The position numbers were made by a program, and so were the translations under genes. The notes below the pieces were generated by a model that worked only from the letters and a program-made list of their open reading frames with translations, did no database searches and had not been told where the DNA came from. From Verrucomicrobia bacterium UBA3869 (GTDB lineage Bacteria > Verrucomicrobiota > Verrucomicrobiia > Opitutales > UBA9783): a stretch of DNA of 9,706 nt. The DNA lies in NCBI GenBank assembly GCA_002392285.1, contig DGGR01000020.1, positions 1 to 9,706 on the forward strand, written 5' to 3'. Below, in pieces: positions 6,124 through 9,706 of the stretch. Each line of letters opens with the position of its first letter. Within the stretch, counting starts at the first letter, position 1.

Positions 6124-8550
6124 CTAAGATTGCACTTCTTCAGGTTCTTGAGCGACCTTACAGAGTCTAACCAATTGATCGTTGGGTTCTAGGCTAATCA
6201 GCCGCACTCCTTGTGTGTTTCGGCCGATCTTGCGAATATCTTTGATGGGGCAACGGACTGCCTGACCGGATTGAGTAAAGAGCATCATTTCATCTGTATC
6301 CTCCACTACAATTGCTCCTGCAACCTGATCGGTTTTAATCGCAATGATTCCCTTCCCTCCTCTGTGTTGTACTCGGTAATCCGAAAAATCGGAACGCTTC
6401 CCCTGACCATTACTGCCGGCAATCAATAAGGAACAGTTTGGGTTCACAATACACAACGCTTGGACGACATCCTGTTCATCCAAGTTAATCCCGATAACGC
6501 CTCGGGTATCTCGACTTAACTGACGGCATTCTGATTCATGGAAGCGAATCGATAACCCTTTTCGGGTAATCAGCATCAATTCGTTCTGTCCATTGGTTAA
6601 ATCCGCTCCTACGATCAAGTCATCCTTATCTACATTCATACCAATCAAACCGGAGGAACGATAATTTTGGTAATCGGACAAAGCAGATTTTTTAATCATT
6701 CCATTTCGGGTTACCATCACCAACGAATGGATATCGTCAAAGGACTGGAAGCATAAAGTCGCAGCCACTACCTCATCGGCTTTTAAATTCAAAACGTTGA
6801 TCAATGCGCGCCCCTTAGAAGTACGCGATCCTTCAGGAATATCATATAGCTTCTTAATATACACGCGGCCATTCTGCATCACGAACATAATAAAATCGTG
6901 TGCATTAGCGGTAAATGAATGCTCAATAAAGTCCTCTTCGTACTGGCCAGCGCTCAATACTCCTTTGCCACCCCGTTTTTGGGAACGGAAGGCTTCTATT
7001 TCGGTCCGTTTAATAAATCCTTTATGGGATAATGTAACACAGCACCCAACATTAGGAATCATATCTTCCATCCGGAATTCTGCCTCATCGGGGATAATGC
7101 GCGTTTTTCGATCAATACCGTATTGCTTACGCTCCTGTAAAAATTCTTCTTTTAATACTGACAACAACTTGGTATCGCTCGATAAAATCAAACGCAGCTC
7201 TTCAGCGGTTTTCAGCAACGCTTCATATTCTCCATCAATTTTTTCGCGCTCCATTCCGGTCAATTGATACAAGCGCAAATCCAAAATGGCGGTAGCTTGC
7301 GTAACCGACAATTGGTATTTTTTAATCAAGGCTGCCTGTGCTTCTTCACGAGAACCCGACCCACGAATGATTTTTACAAAATCATCCAAATGATCGATGG
7401 CAATTTTATACCCCTCTAAGATATGCAGCCGTTCTTCCGCTTTCTGCAAACGGAATTGAGTACGTCGGGATACAACTTCTCGCCGATGCTCCAAATAGCA
7501 TTCGAGCATCTCCTTAATGTTCATTTGCTTGGGTCGTTGCTGATCCAAAGCTAACAAAATGACGCCAAAGGAGGATTCTAACGGAGTGAGTTTGTACAGT
7601 TTATTGAGCACCACACGCGCGATTTCGCCTCGCTTTAGCTCAATAACAATGCGGGTTTGCTCATCGGATTCATCCCGTAAATCACTGATTTCGGTTAAAA
7701 TCTTTAGGTGTACCAATTCTGCAATTTTGGTAACTAAAGTGGCACGATTAATCGCATAAGGAATTTCTGTAATAATGATTTGGTCTTTTCCATTATCATT
7801 TTCCTCAATATGAGCCTCTCCGCGGATATGGATAATACCACGTCCAGTGCGCAAATAACTCGAAATGCCACTCAATCCGACCACCGTACCTCCCGTTGGG
7901 AAATCGGGTCCCTTAATAACCCCCATTAAATCGTCAACGGTGGCATTTTGGTTATCGATCAACAAAACCAACGCATCTATCAATTCGCGAAGGTTGTGCG
8001 GAGGAATATTGGTGGTAATACCCACTGCAATTCCCGTTGAACCATTAAGGAGCAAATTGGGTAAAGCAGAAGGTAATACTGTTGGTTCTACCGTACTCTC
8101 TTTATAGTTCGGGACAAAATCAACGGTATTCTCATCGATATCCTTTAGGAGCTCTTCAGCAACATCCTTCAAACGGCATTCGGTGTAACGGTACGCAGCA
8201 GCTAAATCCCCATCGATCGAACCAAAATTACCCTGTGGGTCGATCAACGGATGATTCATCACCCAATCCTGACCTAAACGAACCAAGGCATCATAAACCG
8301 AACTATCTCCATGTGGGTGATAATTTTTAAGCACTTCTCCAACAACACCTGCGCATTTATCGAACGGCCGGTTGTGCACCAATCCCTCGCGGAACATAGC
8401 ATAAAGGATACGTCGATGGACCGGTTTAAACCCATCGCGTACATCGGGTAATGCACGGCTTACGATAACGGACATCGAATAGTCGATATAAGCCGACTTC
8501 ATGATGTCATTAACATTCGTATCAATTAAAAACTCTTTGTCTGTACTCAT
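6124..8550 (-). CDS. gyrA: DNA gyrase subunit A (808 aa from the ATG at 8548-8550; the ORF track's start at 8556 is a TTG two codons upstream)
   Basis: N-terminus is SAYIDYSMSVIVSRALPDVRDGFKPVHRRILYAM. QRDR is HPHGDSSVYDALVRL. The active-site motif is AAAYRYTE (Tyr codon 8185-8187). The GyrA-box QKRGGKG (6961-6981) distinguishes it from ParC. With the ATG start, the catalytic Tyr and the QRDR Ser/Asp fall at E. coli-equivalent numbers 122, 83 and 87. Confidence 0.97.
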   Translation of the reverse strand: MSTDKEFLIDTNVNDIMKSAYIDYSMSVIVSRALPDVRDGFKPVHRRILYAMFREGLVHNRPFDKCAGVVGEVLKNYHPHGDSSVYDALVRLGQDWVMNHPLIDPQGNFGSIDGDLAAAYRYTECRLKDVAEELLKDIDENTVDFVPNYKESTVEPTVLPSALPNLLLNGSTGIAVGITTNIPPHNLRELIDALVLLIDNQNATVDDLMGVIKGPDFPTGGTVVGLSGISSYLRTGRGIIHIRGEAHIEENDNGKDQIIITEIPYAINRATLVTKIAELVHLKILTEISDLRDESDEQTRIVIELKRGEIARVVLNKLYKLTPLESSFGVILLALDQQRPKQMNIKEMLECYLEHRREVVSRRTQFRLQKAEERLHILEGYKIAIDHLDDFVKIIRGSGSREEAQAALIKKYQLSVTQATAILDLRLYQLTGMEREKIDGEYEALLKTAEELRLILSSDTKLLSVLKEEFLQERKQYGIDRKTRIIPDEAEFRMEDMIPNVGCCVTLSHKGFIKRTEIEAFRSQKRGGKGVLSAGQYEEDFIEHSFTANAHDFIMFVMQNGRVYIKKLYDIPEGSRTSKGRALINVLNLKADEVVAATLCFQSFDDIHSLVMVTRNGMIKKSALSDYQNYRSSGLIGMNVDKDDLIVGADLTNGQNELMLITRKGLSIRFHESECRQLSRDTRGVIGINLDEQDVVQALCIVNPNCSLLIAGSNGQGKRSDFSDYRVQHRGGKGIIAIKTDQVAGAIVVEDTDEMMLFTQSGQAVRCPIKDIRKIGRNTQGVRLISLEPNDQLVRLCKVAQEPEEVQS

Positions 8551-8591
8551 GTGCAATGCGTTAAATGACTTCTTGTTCTCTGTCTTCTCTA

Positions 8592-9706
8592 TTAAACATC
8601 CAAATTGGATACGTTTAAGGCATTATCCTCAATAAAACTGCGGCGTGTAGGAACATCATCACCCATAAGCATGGAAAACGTTTGTTCTGCTTCTGCAACA
8701 TCCTCCATACGCACCCGCAACATACGCCGCGTTGCAGGATCCATGGTTGTTTCAAACAATTGCTTTGCGTTCATTTCACCAAGACCCTTATAGCGTTGAA
8801 TATGTAAACCTTTGCGTCCCGATTGACGAACAACACCGATTAAATCCAGTAAAGTTGGGACTGGGATATCTCCCTTGTTCGTACTAGCCGCATCCTTTAA
8901 CTTAAACTCTGGTTCCCTGGTGGGTTGATTGAAGGAATCCAATTTGCCCAATAAGGTCGCTAACTGTTTCAACACATTACTTAACTGGACATGTTCAAAA
9001 ATCTCGCTGACCACAATGCGTTGCGATAGCTTTTCTCCATTAACTTCAATTTCGCGTACAATGCTGCTGCTGTACAAATCATCTGTTAAGCTATTGGCAA
9101 TATAAAATTGAGACCGATCTTCATCGTTACGCAAGAATTGGAAGGATTCTTGGTTACCCGTCCGTGCACGCACTAAATACTTGGGTAATTCTAAGGTCGT
9201 ACGATCAAATTGATCCAAGTAAGCATGTAAATCGCAGCCATGCCGCACGACCGACCTACTGGCTTGCTCTAACTTATCCAGCAAGGCCAATAACTGCCTG
9301 AACTCATCTTCTGCAAACAAACGGTTATCGGAACAACGCACCAACTGAACCCCTTCGCTGCCTAATTCCAACAAAATTTTATTGAGTTGCGCATCATTAT
9401 CAATGTACTGCTCACGCTTATGGCGCTTAATTTTATACAAAGGCGGCTGAGCAATGTACACATAGCCGTGTTCTATTAACGGACGCATTTGACGGAAGAA
9501 GAACGTTAACAGTAACGTTTGAATGTGCGAACCATCCACATCAGCATCCGCCATAATTACCACCTTGTGATAACGCGCTTTAGAAATATCAAAAGCTCCT
9601 TCACCTGCTTCTCCAATACCAGTTCCGCAAGCCATTACAATCGTCTGAATTTCTTCATTGTTTAAGATACGATCCAAACGTGCCTTTTCTACATTCAAAA
9701 TTTTAC
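8592..9706 (-). CDS. gyrB: DNA gyrase subunit B, C-terminal ~370 aa (Toprim plus tail); the 5' part lies beyond the right window edge
   Basis: The frame stays open to the window end: ..[19 protein letters not shown] matches E. coli [15 protein letters not shown]. Further motifs are [62 protein letters not shown] and [13 protein letters not shown]. It contains the long (~165 aa) insertion between PPLYK and [10 protein letters not shown] that is typical of Gram-negative-type GyrB. The TAA stop is 35-41 nt before the gyrA start. Confidence 0.97.
   Translation of the reverse strand, partial: KILNVEKARLDRILNNEEIQTIVMACGTGIGEAGEGAFDISKARYHKVVIMADADVDGSHIQTLLLTFFFRQMRPLIEHGYVYIAQPPLYKIKRHKREQYIDNDAQLNKILLELGSEGVQLVRCSDNRLFAEDEFRQLLALLDKLEQASRSVVRHGCDLHAYLDQFDRTTLELPKYLVRARTGNQESFQFLRNDEDRSQFYIANSLTDDLYSSSIVREIEVNGEKLSQRIVVSEIFEHVQLSNVLKQLATLLGKLDSFNQPTREPEFKLKDAASTNKGDIPVPTLLDLIGVVRQSGRKGLHIQRYKGLGEMNAKQLFETTMDPATRRMLRVRMEDVAEAEQTFSMLMGDDVPTRRSFIEDNALNVSNLDV

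Noticed and set aside
6211-8330. Five plus-strand ORFs (66-156 aa) antisense to gyrA, including a 156-aa one at 6797-7267
   Set aside because: They are shadow ORFs opposite a strongly conserved coding frame. Their translations are low-complexity, Ser/Pro/Arg-rich and without motifs. No RBS or promoter context is visible.
8551-8556. TTG start for gyrA, as given in the ORF track (MHMSTDK...)
   Set aside because: The ATG two codons downstream (8548-8550) gives MSTDKEF... and places the catalytic Tyr and QRDR residues at E. coli-equivalent positions. I prefer the ATG, although neither start has a clear SD.
9533-9540. DnaA-box-like CATCCACA, considered because gyrBA often lies near oriC
   Set aside because: It is a single partial match inside the conserved gyrB DADVDGSH codons. 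There is no cluster of boxes and no AT-rich unwinding element in an intergenic context.

Overview
Every feature I can support lies on the minus strand. In transcription order (high to low coordinates): the 3' ~1.1 kb of gyrB, which runs off the window edge; gyrA; a polytopic membrane protein whose ATG sits 6 nt after the gyrA stop; tgt (tRNA-guanine transglycosylase); tRNA-Leu(CAA); a membrane-anchored SGNH/GDSL-type hydrolase (409 aa); a 142-aa orphan protein; a second related SGNH/DltD-like gene broken into three reading frames; an AT-rich rrn leader; and the first ~430 nt of a 16S rRNA gene. The sequence looks AT-rich by eye. From memory, the 16S signatures resemble Verrucomicrobiota/PVC-type sequences, but this needs a database check. 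I see no transposase, integrase, CRISPR array or recognisable defence or toxin system, and I cannot honestly claim a clear novel multi-gene system. The most notable observations are these. (1) An 8-bp unit is triplicated exactly at one frame break of the split SGNH gene, and removing one unit restores the frame. (2) An SGNH / orphan / SGNH cassette is transcribed directly behind a tRNA with only a 12-nt spacer. (3) The tgt product has a rearranged substrate-pocket motif (GGSLGVE instead of GGL[A/S]VGE) and an ~18-aa insertion. (4) An uncharacterised multi-pass membrane protein is tightly coupled to gyrA. (5) 16S helix 14 carries compensated changes that mismatch the EUB338 probes and the 341F primer.
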